Shown: piece by piece, positions 47,126-56,799 of the stretch | Numbering within the stretch: position 1 is the first letter of the stretch | Layout: each line of letters begins with the position of its first letter | NCBI GenBank assembly: GCA_036502485.1 | Contig: DASXYM010000016.1 | Source: Terracidiphilus sp. | Lineage (GTDB): Bacteria; Acidobacteriota; Terriglobia; Terriglobales; Acidobacteriaceae | Direction: 5' to 3' (one strand) | DNA length: 64,000 nt | Position numbers and translations under genes: made by a program | Notes under the pieces: model-generated | The model's input: only the letters and a program-made list of their open reading frames with translations | What the model was told of the DNA's origin: nothing | The model's database searches: none

Positions 47126-47674
47126 CTAACGCTGGCTCGCCTCGCCAGCCGACACCCGGCGATTGAACTCCGCCGACTGCCTCCGTGGAATCGTCAGCGA
47201 CTCCCACTCCTCGGCCGCAAAGTGCTTGGCCAGCAGCACAATTTGTCCGATATGGTGCGCATAGTGCGCCACCTGTCGATTGATGGCCTGCATCACCGAG
47301 TGCGCCTCGCCGCGGATCGTCACCGTGCGCTCCAGATCATCATCCGTCAGCGGCTCCAGCGCGCCCAACACCGCCGCCCAGCCGCTCTCCCAATCGCGCA
47401 TCAGCGCTTCGCGCGTCGCCGCCGGATCTTCGAATTCACTGTCGCGATCGCGTGTCGGCTTCTCCCCGTCGCTCGAGAGAAAGTCCGTCCAGCGCGACCG
47501 CATATTCCCGGCCATATGCTTCACGATGATGGCAATCGAATTTGACTCTTCGCCCAGAGACGCAAACAGCTTCTCGTCCGCCACCTGCGCCATCGCCCGG
47601 TCAGCCAGCCGCTTATAGTGGCGAAACAGTTCCAGCGAATCCTCGAGATACGACGTGGTAAATTTCAGCGCCAT
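47126..47674 (-). CDS. DUF1572/DinB-superfamily protein
   Basis: SNSIAIIVKHMAGNMRSRWTDFL...KPTRDRDSEF...HYAHHIGQIV. Confidence 0.9.
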   Translation of the reverse strand: MALKFTTSYLEDSLELFRHYKRLADRAMAQVADEKLFASLGEESNSIAIIVKHMAGNMRSRWTDFLSSDGEKPTRDRDSEFEDPAATREALMRDWESGWAAVLGALEPLTDDDLERTVTIRGEAHSVMQAINRQVAHYAHHIGQIVLLAKHFAAEEWESLTIPRRQSAEFNRRVSAGEASQR

Positions 47675-47879
47675 GGCGCCATTATGATTTCTCCCGCCGC
47701 CCTCCGTCCATACCCCAGGCCCGCGCCTATCCGGCCACTGTGAGCTGCCGCCGCATGCGCCCCGCCGCCGCTGTTCTTCGCGCTTTTAAGCAGAACACCT
47801 CCTCTTCAGGCGACTGATCTCCCTCATCTGATACACAGACGCATCCATTCCGCCAGCCTCAGGAATATACGATCGCAAC

Positions 47880-48923
47880 ATGCTTCGTTCGTTCCGCCAT
47901 TGTTCTCTCTACGTCCTTCTATGCGTCGTCGCGGGCGCCGCGTTCCCCCAACAAAACCCTCTCCCCGTGAAAGTCGTGGTCGTCACCATGTTTGAAGTGG
48001 GAGAAGACACCGGTGACGCGCCCGGCGAGCTGCAGTACTGGGTGGAGCGCGACCATCTCGATCGCGTCTACCCGTTGCCTGCCGGTTATCACCCCGTGCA
48101 CATCAATGACCAGGGCGAAATGGCAGTCCTTACCGGCCCGGGCACAGCGCATGCGGCCGCCACCATCATGGCCGTTGGTCTCGATCCGCGCTTTGACCTC
48201 TCGCGCGCGTACTGGATCATCGCGGGCATCGCCGGCGGCAATCCGGATCGCATATCCCTCGGCTCCGCAGCCTGGGCACGCTGGGTCGTCGACGGTGACC
48301 TGGGCTACGACATCGATGCGCGCGAAATTCCAAAGGACTGGCCCACCGGATATCTCCCTTTACGCAAGACCCGCCCTTTCGAATCGCCCGCCGCACCACT
48401 CGCCGGTCAGGTGTATGCTCTCAATCCTGCCTTGGCTGACTGGGCATTCAAGCTCACCAGAGATATCCCGCTCGCCGACTCGGACCACCTCAAGGAGGTC
48501 CGCACCGGCTTCGACGGTGCAGCAGCGCAGCGGTCTCCCTTTGTCACCATCGGCGATGAAGTAAGCAGTTCCCGCTACTGGCACGGCAAGCTACAGGACG
48601 CCTGGGCATCCGAGTGGATGCGCTACTTCACCGCCGGCAAAGGCGACTTCGCCACCACGGCCATGGAGGACTCGGGCACGCTGCAGTCCCTCGACTTTCT
48701 CGCTCACGCCGGCCGCGTCGACTTTCGCCGCGTCCTGGTGCTGCGCACGGTGAGCAACTACGACCAGCAGCCGCGCGATCTCGATGCCGCCCAGAGCCTT
48801 TCGCGACAGCGCATCGGCACCTACAGCGCGTATGTCCCCGCGCTCGAGTCTGCCTACAAGGTCGGCCACACCGTCGTGCATGAACTGCTGACAAATTGGA
48901 GCAAGTACTCTGACCTCCGCTAA
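47880..48923 (+). CDS. Purine nucleoside permease (NUP family)
   Basis: KVVVVTMFEVG, AYWIIAGIAG, SAAWARWVVDGD, TAMEDSG, LRTVSNYD. Confidence 0.82.
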   Translation: MLRSFRHCSLYVLLCVVAGAAFPQQNPLPVKVVVVTMFEVGEDTGDAPGELQYWVERDHLDRVYPLPAGYHPVHINDQGEMAVLTGPGTAHAAATIMAVGLDPRFDLSRAYWIIAGIAGGNPDRISLGSAAWARWVVDGDLGYDIDAREIPKDWPTGYLPLRKTRPFESPAAPLAGQVYALNPALADWAFKLTRDIPLADSDHLKEVRTGFDGAAAQRSPFVTIGDEVSSSRYWHGKLQDAWASEWMRYFTAGKGDFATTAMEDSGTLQSLDFLAHAGRVDFRRVLVLRTVSNYDQQPRDLDAAQSLSRQRIGTYSAYVPALESAYKVGHTVVHELLTNWSKYSDLR

Positions 48924-49165
48924 CGACGTCGCGGCCTGCTCTTGGCAAACGATCGATTCGCAGTAGAGAATGCATTCGTTCCAGAAATCCCCGGCTGATG
49001 CGCCCTGAAACGCAGCGGCTCCGAACCACGGGCGGCGTCGATGCGAGAGGTATGAAGCTCAACATTGCGACCCCCGCCTCCACCGCCCACAAGCAGAAAA
49101 CCTGGTTCTAACTTCGGCCTGCGAAATTTCTATTGACGTTTTGCCAACGAGTTGAGGAGTTAGCA

Positions 49166-49897
49166 ATGCATTCTCCGTGGTTCGGCGAGTTTATGGGAAC
49201 ACTGGTCCTTGTTCTGCTCGGCAACGGCGTGTGCGCCGGCGTAACCCTGCGCAAGTCCTACGCGGCAGATTCGGGGTGGATCGTCGTCACCACCGGATGG
49301 GCCCTCGCCGTGATGTGCGGAGTCATGGTGGCACAAGGATTCGGCAGCCACGACGCCGCGCTCAACCCAGCGATCACCCTCGCCGGCGCCATCGTTAGCG
49401 GCAAATATGGATCGGTGCTCGCCATGTGGTCGGCGCAAATGTCGGGCGCATTCTGCGGCGCCACCCTCATGACCCTTCACTATGCACCGCACTGGGCGCA
49501 GTCCCCTGATCCCGCCGCCAAGCTCGGCATCTTCTGCACCGGCCCCGCAATCAACGCTCCCATATGGAACACCCTCAGCGAAGTCATCGGCACCGCGCTG
49601 CTGGTCCTCGTCGCCGGAGCCATCTTCTCTCCCGGCGTCGCGGAGAAAGGACCCGCAGCCGGCATCGGCCCATGGCTCGTCGCCAGCCTGGTGTGGGGCA
49701 TCGGCCTCTCGCTCGGCGGCACCACCGGCTATGCCATCAACCCCGCGCGCGACCTCGGGCCGCGCATCGCCCACGCCATACTGCCCATTCCAGGCAAAGG
49801 CGGCTCCAACTGGAGCTACGCTCCCATCCCCGTCCTCGGTCCCTTGATCGGCGGCGCACTCGCCGGTGTCCTCGTGAAGTTCGCGCACCCGTGGTGA
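49166..49897 (+). CDS. glpF: MIP family channel, GlpF-like aquaglyceroporin
   Basis: Two NPA boxes (LNPAITL and INPARDLGPR), LGGTTGYA; GAGGAG SD before ATG 49166. Confidence 0.88.
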   Translation: MHSPWFGEFMGTLVLVLLGNGVCAGVTLRKSYAADSGWIVVTTGWALAVMCGVMVAQGFGSHDAALNPAITLAGAIVSGKYGSVLAMWSAQMSGAFCGATLMTLHYAPHWAQSPDPAAKLGIFCTGPAINAPIWNTLSEVIGTALLVLVAGAIFSPGVAEKGPAAGIGPWLVASLVWGIGLSLGGTTGYAINPARDLGPRIAHAILPIPGKGGSNWSYAPIPVLGPLIGGALAGVLVKFAHPW

Positions 49898-49944
49898 CCG
49901 ACGGGAGCGCGGCCTCTACGTGCTTCTGCCCTTGCTTTTCTTGT

Positions 49945-49971
49945 CTGTCATTCCCCAAGGGAATCTGCTTT
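49945..49971. repeat. REP-like palindrome, copy 2
   Basis: CTGTCATTCCCCAAGGGAATCTGCTTT. Confidence 0.8.
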
Positions 49972-49990
49972 CGCACTGATCCAAAAACCC

Positions 49991-51007
49991 TCAGCTCACC
50001 TCGACCACAATCTTCCCGAACCGCGCCGGCTCCCTATCCCAGGCCGCCACAATCTCCGGCGCTTCACCCAGCGCCACTCGATGCGTGATCGCCTCCTCCA
50101 CCGGAAACCGCTTCGCCTCCAGCATGCGGATCACGTCTTGAAAATCCTCCGGCTGCGCATTCCGCGATCCCAGAATATCCAGCTCCTTCTGCACAAACAG
50201 CCGCGTCTCGTACGCCACCGGCTCCTTCGCGTACCCGATGTAAACCACGCGCCCCGTAAACGCGACTTCCTCCACCGCAGCGCGAAACGTCAGCGGCAGG
50301 CCGATCGCCTCAATCACAACATCCGCCCCGCGGCCTTCCGTCAACTCCGCCAGCACCGCATGAAGATCCACCGCGGCCGTGTTGATCGTGTGCGCCGCGC
50401 CCGCTTTGCGCGCCGTCTCCAGCTTGCCGTCGTCCACATCGATGCCGATCACCGTGGCTCCACGAAACGCTGCGCCGCTCACCGCGCCCAACCCCACTCC
50501 GCCGCACCCCATCACGGCAACCACATCCTCCGCCGCCACCCGCCCTCGCGACACAGCATGAAACCCCACCGTCAACGGCTCCACCAGGCAAAGCTCCTCA
50601 ATCCCAAGCTCAGCCCGGTACAGCCGCCCCGCTGGAACCGCGATCGACTCCGTCAGCGCGCCGTCCCTCTGCACGCCCAGCGTCTGATTGAACTGGCATG
50701 CATTCGGCCGCCCCCGCAAGCATGACGCGCAGCGCCCGCAATTCGTATACGGCGATACCGTCACAGCACTGCCGGCCAGCCACTCGGGATGCCGCGGATT
50801 CACCTCCGCCACCGTCGCTGCAATCTCATGGCCCAGAATCCGCGGATAACTCACCAGCGGATTCCGTCCGCGATACGAATTCAGATCGCTGCCGCATAAT
50901 CCCACGCGACGCACCTGAAGCAGCACATCATCCTCTCCTGAGCGAACAGCGTCGCTCACCTCCGCGACCACAGCTTCGCCCGGCCCCTGCAGCATCAGTG
51001 CTTTCAT
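49991..51007 (-). CDS. Zinc-binding alcohol dehydrogenase, L-galactonate 5-dehydrogenase-like
   Basis: GLCGSDL, LGHEI, CGRCASC...NACQFNQTLGV, VEPLTVGFHAV, ELDILGSRNA; divergent from uxaA. Confidence 0.88.
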   Translation of the reverse strand: MKALMLQGPGEAVVAEVSDAVRSGEDDVLLQVRRVGLCGSDLNSYRGRNPLVSYPRILGHEIAATVAEVNPRHPEWLAGSAVTVSPYTNCGRCASCLRGRPNACQFNQTLGVQRDGALTESIAVPAGRLYRAELGIEELCLVEPLTVGFHAVSRGRVAAEDVVAVMGCGGVGLGAVSGAAFRGATVIGIDVDDGKLETARKAGAAHTINTAAVDLHAVLAELTEGRGADVVIEAIGLPLTFRAAVEEVAFTGRVVYIGYAKEPVAYETRLFVQKELDILGSRNAQPEDFQDVIRMLEAKRFPVEEAITHRVALGEAPEIVAAWDREPARFGKIVVEVS

Positions 51008-51283
51008 CCGTCACTCCTTGGACACAGGCCATCATATCGATCAGCGTCACAGCCGTGCTGCAAATGGAATGAACCTGGATACCGCAACTGCCACCGCACA
51101 GTCCCCGCGGGACGTCAGCAGGTTAGCCGAGGACAAATTCCTGGGTATGCGATCGACTAGATCTCCTGAGCCCCGTAGGGGCGGCGGCCCCGCGCCGGAT
51201 TCCTGAGGAGCCCCAGGAGAGGCGGGCTTCTATCGCCGGCAGTTGTATTCTGGGCTGTACGCATCGCCACCACGAAGGACCCC

Positions 51284-52921
51284 ATGTCCGAAACCGCTCT
51301 TCAACTCGACAGCCGCGACAACGTGCTCGTTGCCCTTCAGCCCCTCACTGCGGGAACCGACGTCCGCTTCGGCCACGCCACCAGCCCCGTCACGGAGAAC
51401 ATTCCGCCCAAGCACAAGATGGCTCTCGTCGATCTGGCGCCGGGCGACCTCATTCGCATGTACGGCATGGTGGTCGGCGAAGTCACGCAGCCCATCGCGC
51501 GCGGCGGCCTCGTCTCCACACGCAACGTGCGCCACCGCGCGGAAGCCTACTCAGCGCAGCGCCACTCCGTGTCTCTTTCGCTACCGGATCCGACCGCGTG
51601 GGCCAACCGCACCTTCATGGGCTACCACCGCGCGGACGGCCAGGTGGGCACGCGCAATTACTGGCTCGTGCTGCCGCTCGTCTTCTGCGAGAACCGCAAC
51701 GTCGAGCGCATGAAAGAAGCCCTCGAAGAAGAACTCGGCTATGGCAGTGAGGCCAACAGCTATCGCCAGCACGTGCGAAAGCTGCTCGAGCAAAAGCAAA
51801 CCAGCGCGGCCAACGACCCAGGCACCGCCGCAAGCAAAGCTTCCACCAGAAGAGTATTTCCCAACATCGACGGCATCCGCTTCCTCACGCACCAGGGCGG
51901 CTGCGGCGGCACGCGCCAGGATGCGCAGGCCCTATGCGGCCTGCTCGCCGGTTACATCCATCATCCCAATGTCGCTGGAGCGACGGTACTCAGCCTCGGC
52001 TGTCAGAACGCCGAAGTCCGCATGCTCATGGACGAACTCCGCGCGCGCGATCCGCAGATGTCCAAGCCCGTGCTCGTCTTCGATCAGCAGAAGTCCGGGC
52101 GCGACTCGGCACTCATGAGCACCGCCCTCGATGCCACCTTTGCCGCTCTCGAGCGGGCTAACACCGCTGCGCGCACGCCCGCTCCCCTGTCAGCTTTAAC
52201 AGTCGGTCTCAAGTGTGGCGGATCTGACGGCTTCAGCGGCATCTCCGCCAACCCCACCCTCGGATATCTCTCCGACCTCCTCGTCCAGTTAGGAAGCAAG
52301 ACAATCCTCTCGGAGTTTCCTGAACTGCACGGCGTCGAGCAGGAACTCATCAACCGCTGCGTCAGTGACGAAGTCGCGCAGCGCTTCTATGACCTCATGC
52401 AGGCGTACTCCGCGCGCGCCAAGGCCGTGCACTCCGGTTTCGACATGAATCCATCTCCCGGCAATATCCAGGACGGCCTCATCACCGACGCCATCAAATC
52501 CGCCGGCGCGGCGCGCAAAGGCGGAGTGTCACCCGTGCGCGACGTGATCGACTTCCCGCAGTACGCCACCACGCCCGGCCTCAACCTTCTCTGCACGCCC
52601 GGCAACGACGTAGAATGCGTCACAGCCCAGAGCGGCGCGGGCGCCAACCTCGTCCTCTTCACCACCGGCCTCGGCACGCCCACCGGAAACCCCGTCGCAC
52701 CCGTCGTGAAGATAGCGACTAACTCGCAGCTAGCCGAGCGCATGGCCGACATCATCGACTTCAACGCCGGCGGCATCATCACCGGCGACACGACTATCGC
52801 CGACTGCGCCGCGCAGCTGCTGGAGTTCTGCCTCGACGTCGCCAACGGCACTCGCCTCACAAGAGCGGAGCAGTTAGGCCAATACGACTTCATTCCCTGG
52901 AAACGCGGCGTGTCACTCTAA
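51284..52921 (+). CDS. uxaA: Altronate dehydratase (UxaA family, N-terminal SAF domain)
   Basis: HKMAL...MYG, GTRNY, HQGGCG, KCGGSDGFSGISANP, FTTGLGTPTG, WKRGVSL. Confidence 0.88.
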   Translation: MSETALQLDSRDNVLVALQPLTAGTDVRFGHATSPVTENIPPKHKMALVDLAPGDLIRMYGMVVGEVTQPIARGGLVSTRNVRHRAEAYSAQRHSVSLSLPDPTAWANRTFMGYHRADGQVGTRNYWLVLPLVFCENRNVERMKEALEEELGYGSEANSYRQHVRKLLEQKQTSAANDPGTAASKASTRRVFPNIDGIRFLTHQGGCGGTRQDAQALCGLLAGYIHHPNVAGATVLSLGCQNAEVRMLMDELRARDPQMSKPVLVFDQQKSGRDSALMSTALDATFAALERANTAARTPAPLSALTVGLKCGGSDGFSGISANPTLGYLSDLLVQLGSKTILSEFPELHGVEQELINRCVSDEVAQRFYDLMQAYSARAKAVHSGFDMNPSPGNIQDGLITDAIKSAGAARKGGVSPVRDVIDFPQYATTPGLNLLCTPGNDVECVTAQSGAGANLVLFTTGLGTPTGNPVAPVVKIATNSQLAERMADIIDFNAGGIITGDTTIADCAAQLLEFCLDVANGTRLTRAEQLGQYDFIPWKRGVSL

Positions 52922-52986
52922 ACTCCGGACTAAACCGGATTCAATGAAGCCGTATCTTGGCTTGGGTTTTGTGTTTGCTTTTCTTT

Positions 52987-53075
52987 CTGTCATTCCCGAA
53001 GCGAATCTGCTGTCCGCTTCCTCTTCCTTGCCATCCTGACGCTGAGTGAAGCGAAGCGGATGGGCCCGCTTCTCT
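52987..53075. repeat. REP-like palindrome, copy 3, plus a second REP type
   Basis: CTGTCATTCCCGAAGCGAATCTGCT followed by TTGCCATCCTGACGCTGAGTGAAGCGAAG. Confidence 0.7.
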
Positions 53076-53122
53076 GCTTCACTCCAGGCGACTGCAACAG
53101 CCGGCAGTCTAAAAAGCAGTCC

Positions 53123-53854
53123 TTACTCCAGAAACGAAGCCACCACCGCCAACGCCGCAACCGCCGCCGTCTCCGCCCGCAGAATCCGCGGCCCCAGCGA
53201 AGCAGCCCGCCATCCATTCGCATCGAACAGCGCCTCTTCCTCCGGCGCCCATCCACCCTCCGGCCCAAACGCCAACTCCAGCACCGGCATCTGGTTCTCC
53301 CCCGCATCCATCGCTTCCTGCACCAGCGCGCGCAGCGTAGTGCTGCGTTCCTGCTCCGCCAGAACAATCCGCATCGCCTCCGAGTCAGCACGCACCCTGT
53401 CGGAGAGCGCAACGGGATCATGGATAAACGGCACATCCGAGCGCCGCGACTGCTTCGCCGATTCATGCGCAATGCGCCGCCACCGCTCCACGCGTTTCTC
53501 CGCGGCCTGCGCCAGATGCTTCTCCGTGCGCCGCGCAATCACCGGAGCGATCGCGCCCACGCCTAACTCCGTCGCCTTCTCGATTCCCCACTCCATGTGA
53601 TCGAACTTGAAGATGGAAACTACCAGCGTGATAGGCAGCGCAGGATCGGCATCCAGTTCACGGATCAAATTGAACCGCACTTCGTTCGCCGCAACCGCGG
53701 CCACCTCGGCGTGATACACATGTCCGCCGGCCACCACGTCCGCCTGCATCCCGGGCTGTGCGCGCAGCACGCGTGCCAGGTGTTCGGCCTGTGGCCCCAC
53801 CAGCGTGGCAGTGGCCTCATCCCAATGTTCGGCAATCCAACGGCGGCGCGTCAT
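53123..53854 (-). CDS. rsmE: 16S rRNA m3U1498 methyltransferase
   Basis: HLARVLRA, EKATELGV, AKQSRRSDVP, FGPEGGW, SLGPRILRAETA. Confidence 0.95.
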   Translation of the reverse strand: MTRRRWIAEHWDEATATLVGPQAEHLARVLRAQPGMQADVVAGGHVYHAEVAAVAANEVRFNLIRELDADPALPITLVVSIFKFDHMEWGIEKATELGVGAIAPVIARRTEKHLAQAAEKRVERWRRIAHESAKQSRRSDVPFIHDPVALSDRVRADSEAMRIVLAEQERSTTLRALVQEAMDAGENQMPVLELAFGPEGGWAPEEEALFDANGWRAASLGPRILRAETAAVAALAVVASFLE

Positions 53855-53902
53855 CGTTCGTCTCTCCTCGGTAGATTCTAGTCGCCACCACGCGACCAAC
53901 CG

Positions 53903-54066
53903 TCCGTCATTCGTTGCCAGGAAACACTAAGCATTCGCGCTTTGAAGGGGCGCGACTTCAGTCGTGCCGCAAAGCACCCGGACGACGCGGGCTTCACCCC
54001 CTGAGAGATGGTTCTCGTCAACTGCGTACTTTGTCGGCTCCGTCATCCGTCTCCAGAAACACTAAG
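53903..54066. repeat. 107-bp palindromic module bracketed by imperfect 28-29-bp direct repeats
   Basis: TCCGTCATTCGTTGCCAGGAAACACTAAG (53903-53931) and TCCGTCATCCGTCTCCAGAAACACTAAG (54039-54066). Internal hairpin GGCGCGACT-TC-AGTCGTGCC. Confidence 0.7.
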
Positions 54067-54088
54067 GGGACGCTCTAAGCGTCCCCTT
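54064..54088 (-). terminator. Hairpin downstream of the microprotein gene
   Basis: 11-bp stem AAGGGGACGCT/AGCGTCCCCTT. Confidence 0.75.
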
Positions 54089-54120
54089 TGAGTGTTGCCT
54101 GTTTTGTTGTTGGTCGCGAA

Positions 54121-54192
54121 TTACTTCTTCTTTGCGGCCTTCTTCGCGGCCTTCTTCGCAGGTGCTTTCTTGGCTGCCTTCTTAGTTGCCAT
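54121..54192 (-). CDS. 23-aa Lys/Ala-rich microprotein MATKKAAKKAPAKKAAKKAAKKK
   Basis: ATG 54192, TAA 54121-54123, SD GGGAG 9 nt upstream, with its own promoter and hairpin. Below the ORF-track size cutoff. Confidence 0.85.
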   Translation of the reverse strand: MATKKAAKKAPAKKAAKKAAKKK

Positions 54193-54253
54193 TTGCCTAT
54201 TCTCCCTTTTCGATGGTTCGCATCGATACTGCAAATGAATTGCAGTTGAGGAA

Positions 54254-54282
54254 TGTATAGATTCATGTGTCACAAGTGTCAA
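54254..54282 (-). promoter_or_regulatory. Sigma70-type promoter for the microprotein gene
   Basis: TTGACA (54282-54277), 17-nt spacer, TATACA (54259-54254). Confidence 0.7.
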
Positions 54283-54354
54283 GAGAAAAACGAACACTAC
54301 GTGGAAAAAGTGGTAACAATTTCTTCAAGTTGAATTCGCAATCGGATTGCGACT

Positions 54355-55164
54355 TCAAATCACACCGCGTGAATGCAAAAGTGCGAGCCCCAAACCCGCA
54401 ATGATGTCCTGCCAGGCATGCGCCATCATGCCCGCTCGAATGTTGCGGCGGAAGATCGCCAGCACGCTGAACAGCGCACCATAGATCGACAGCAGAATCA
54501 TGTAATGCACGCCCTGGTACCCATGCGCGCAGCCGAACATAAGCGCTGAAAACACCACGCCCATCGCCAGCGCTCCCCTTCCCCACGCCGTGAACTGCCG
54601 CTGCAGATACCCACGGAACACAATCTCCTCGCTGATGCCCGCCATCACGCAGAGCAGTATCCATGCGGCTATTTCGCTCATGTTCGAGGGCGCAAGGCCG
54701 GCCAGCGTGTGGACCGTCTTCTCCTGCGATGGGTCAAGCTTGCCATTGTTCATCAGCGGACGATGATGAATCAGCGCATCCGTAATCAGCCACGTCGCAT
54801 TGATCGTCGCCAGCGCCGCAAGCGAGCTGATCCAGAAACCCGCCGCCACAAGAACATCGATCCCCAGCGAACGCGAGCCCGAGACATTCCCGAAGATCAA
54901 CCGAAACGGAATCTTCCGCAGCCGCATCCCCAGGTAGATCCAACCCACCATCACGAACTCCGTCGCAAGCGTCGTCGCATACGTCTGCAGCCGGTTCACA
55001 TGCGCCTCATGCTCTCCGGAAAACTGCTTCGCGCCTGCCAAGGAAAGTAGAAGGATTCCCGCGACCAGCACAACCGTATGCCAGACCGGCGCAATCGGGG
55101 TGGTCGATCCGGGTGTGATGCTGAACACCGGTTCAGCGGAGGGCGGATAAGTTTGATCGGACAA
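54355..55164 (-). CDS. CPBP (Abi/CAAX) intramembrane metalloprotease
   Basis: AGISEEIVFRGYLQ, FGCAHGYQG, MMAHAWQD; multiple TM segments. Confidence 0.92.
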   Translation of the reverse strand: MSDQTYPPSAEPVFSITPGSTTPIAPVWHTVVLVAGILLLSLAGAKQFSGEHEAHVNRLQTYATTLATEFVMVGWIYLGMRLRKIPFRLIFGNVSGSRSLGIDVLVAAGFWISSLAALATINATWLITDALIHHRPLMNNGKLDPSQEKTVHTLAGLAPSNMSEIAAWILLCVMAGISEEIVFRGYLQRQFTAWGRGALAMGVVFSALMFGCAHGYQGVHYMILLSIYGALFSVLAIFRRNIRAGMMAHAWQDIIAGLGLALLHSRGVI

Positions 55165-55217
55165 GTAAATCCTTTCAGGAAAAATTTACATCCGCCGCAC
55201 GGCCGGCGCGCAACCCA

Positions 55218-56633
55218 TCAGCACTCGATGACATTCAGCGCGAGCCCCGCAAGGCTGGTCTCCTTGTAGCGCGACTGCATATCCATCCCCGTGAGATACA
55301 TCGTGCGAATCACCTGGTCCAGCGAAACCTTGTGTCCTTCCGTCTCGTTCAGCGCCATCCGCGATGCCTGGACCGCCTTCACCGCGCCCATCGCATTCCT
55401 CTCGATGCATGGAATCTGCACCAGCCCCCCGATGGGATCGCACGTCATGCCCAGGTTATGCTCCATGCCGATCTCGGCCGCATGCTCCACATTCCCGTTG
55501 GTCCCGCCCAGCGCCGCAATCAAGCCGCCGGCCGCCATCGAGCACGCCACTCCCACCTCGCCCTGGCAGCCAACCTCCGCGCCGCTTATCGACGCGTTCT
55601 CCTTATATAGGATGCCGACCGCCGCAGAGGTCAGGAAGAAGCGATGAATGCCCGCGCGATCCGCGCCCTCAATAAACTGCTCGTAGTAGCGCGCCACCGC
55701 CGGCACCACGCCCGCCGCTCCATTCGTCGGCGCCGTCACCACGCGCCCGCCCGCGGCGTTCTCCTCGTTCACCGCCATGGCCCACACCGTTACCCAGTCC
55801 AGCGGCGCCAGCGGATCGGCTACCTTCCCTTCGCCTTCCTTCTCGCGCAGCCTCTCCGCAAGCCGATGCGCCCTGCGCCGCACATTGAGCCCGCCCGGCA
55901 GCGTGCCCTCCGTCGCCACCCCACGCTCCATGCATCCGCGCATCGTCTCCCATATCCGATCGATTCCGCTGCGTACCCACTCTTCCGCTTCCGCACGCGA
56001 CAGATGCCCGAACCGCGCCGACTCATTCGCCAGCATCAACTCACTTACCGTGAGCTTGTGTGTTTCAGCCAGCTCCAGCAACTCCGCTGCGCTGTGAAAG
56101 GGAAACGGAATCCGCGCCTCGCCCTGCGCAGCCCGCGCATCCGCACCCGCCCCATCCTCGGTGATGAATCCGCCGCCAATCGAAAAGAACGTTCGCCGTT
56201 CGACAACACTCCCCGCCTCATCAAACGCCGTCAGCCGCAATCCGTTGGGATGGTGCAACACGCTCTCCGGCGGAAACATGGTCGAGCGATGAAACAAAAG
56301 ATCGCGCGCCTCGTCGAACGCAACCCTTTTCTTCCCAGCCAGGTTGATCTCTTTGTCTCCGCGGATCGCGCCGATCGTCGGCTCTATCGATTCCGGAGCA
56401 ACCGTCGCCGGCTCGCATCCCACCAGCCCCAGCAGCACCGCACGATCCGTAGCGTGCCCCACGCCCGTCAGAGCCAGCGACCCGTACAACTCCGCCTGCA
56501 CGCGGAACACGCGATCAAGCTTCCCCGCCTTCGCCAGTTCCGTTGCAAATTGGAATGCCGCGCGCATGGGACCCATGGTGTGCGAACTCGATGGCCCGAC
56601 ACCGACCTTATATAAGTCAAACAGACTCGTCAC
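55218..56633 (-). CDS. sdaA: L-serine ammonia-lyase, Fe-S dependent single chain
   Basis: [64 protein letters not shown] start at 56633. Confidence 0.95.
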   Translation of the reverse strand: MTSLFDLYKVGVGPSSSHTMGPMRAAFQFATELAKAGKLDRVFRVQAELYGSLALTGVGHATDRAVLLGLVGCEPATVAPESIEPTIGAIRGDKEINLAGKKRVAFDEARDLLFHRSTMFPPESVLHHPNGLRLTAFDEAGSVVERRTFFSIGGGFITEDGAGADARAAQGEARIPFPFHSAAELLELAETHKLTVSELMLANESARFGHLSRAEAEEWVRSGIDRIWETMRGCMERGVATEGTLPGGLNVRRRAHRLAERLREKEGEGKVADPLAPLDWVTVWAMAVNEENAAGGRVVTAPTNGAAGVVPAVARYYEQFIEGADRAGIHRFFLTSAAVGILYKENASISGAEVGCQGEVGVACSMAAGGLIAALGGTNGNVEHAAEIGMEHNLGMTCDPIGGLVQIPCIERNAMGAVKAVQASRMALNETEGHKVSLDQVIRTMYLTGMDMQSRYKETSLAGLALNVIEC

Positions 56634-56799
56634 GTTCCAGATTCTATCGCGACACGCATTGGTCACGTTCTCTCCGCAGCAACGCATGCTGCGAATCCAG
56701 CAACCGCCCTCCAACCAGCTCCCAAGTCCTCGATCCATCTGCAGCGTCATCCGTCACATACCGCACCACTACACGCGGTGATACACTCCGGCCAAATCC

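Noticed and set aside
49052-49111. 19-aa uORF (MKLNIATPAS...) before glpF
   Set aside because: The GAGG is only 1 nt from the ATG, and no coupling or structure supports it.
51165-51230. GCCCC-GTA-GGGGC hairpin with a degenerate second copy
   Set aside because: Probably another REP type, but with a single locus in the window it cannot be established as a family.
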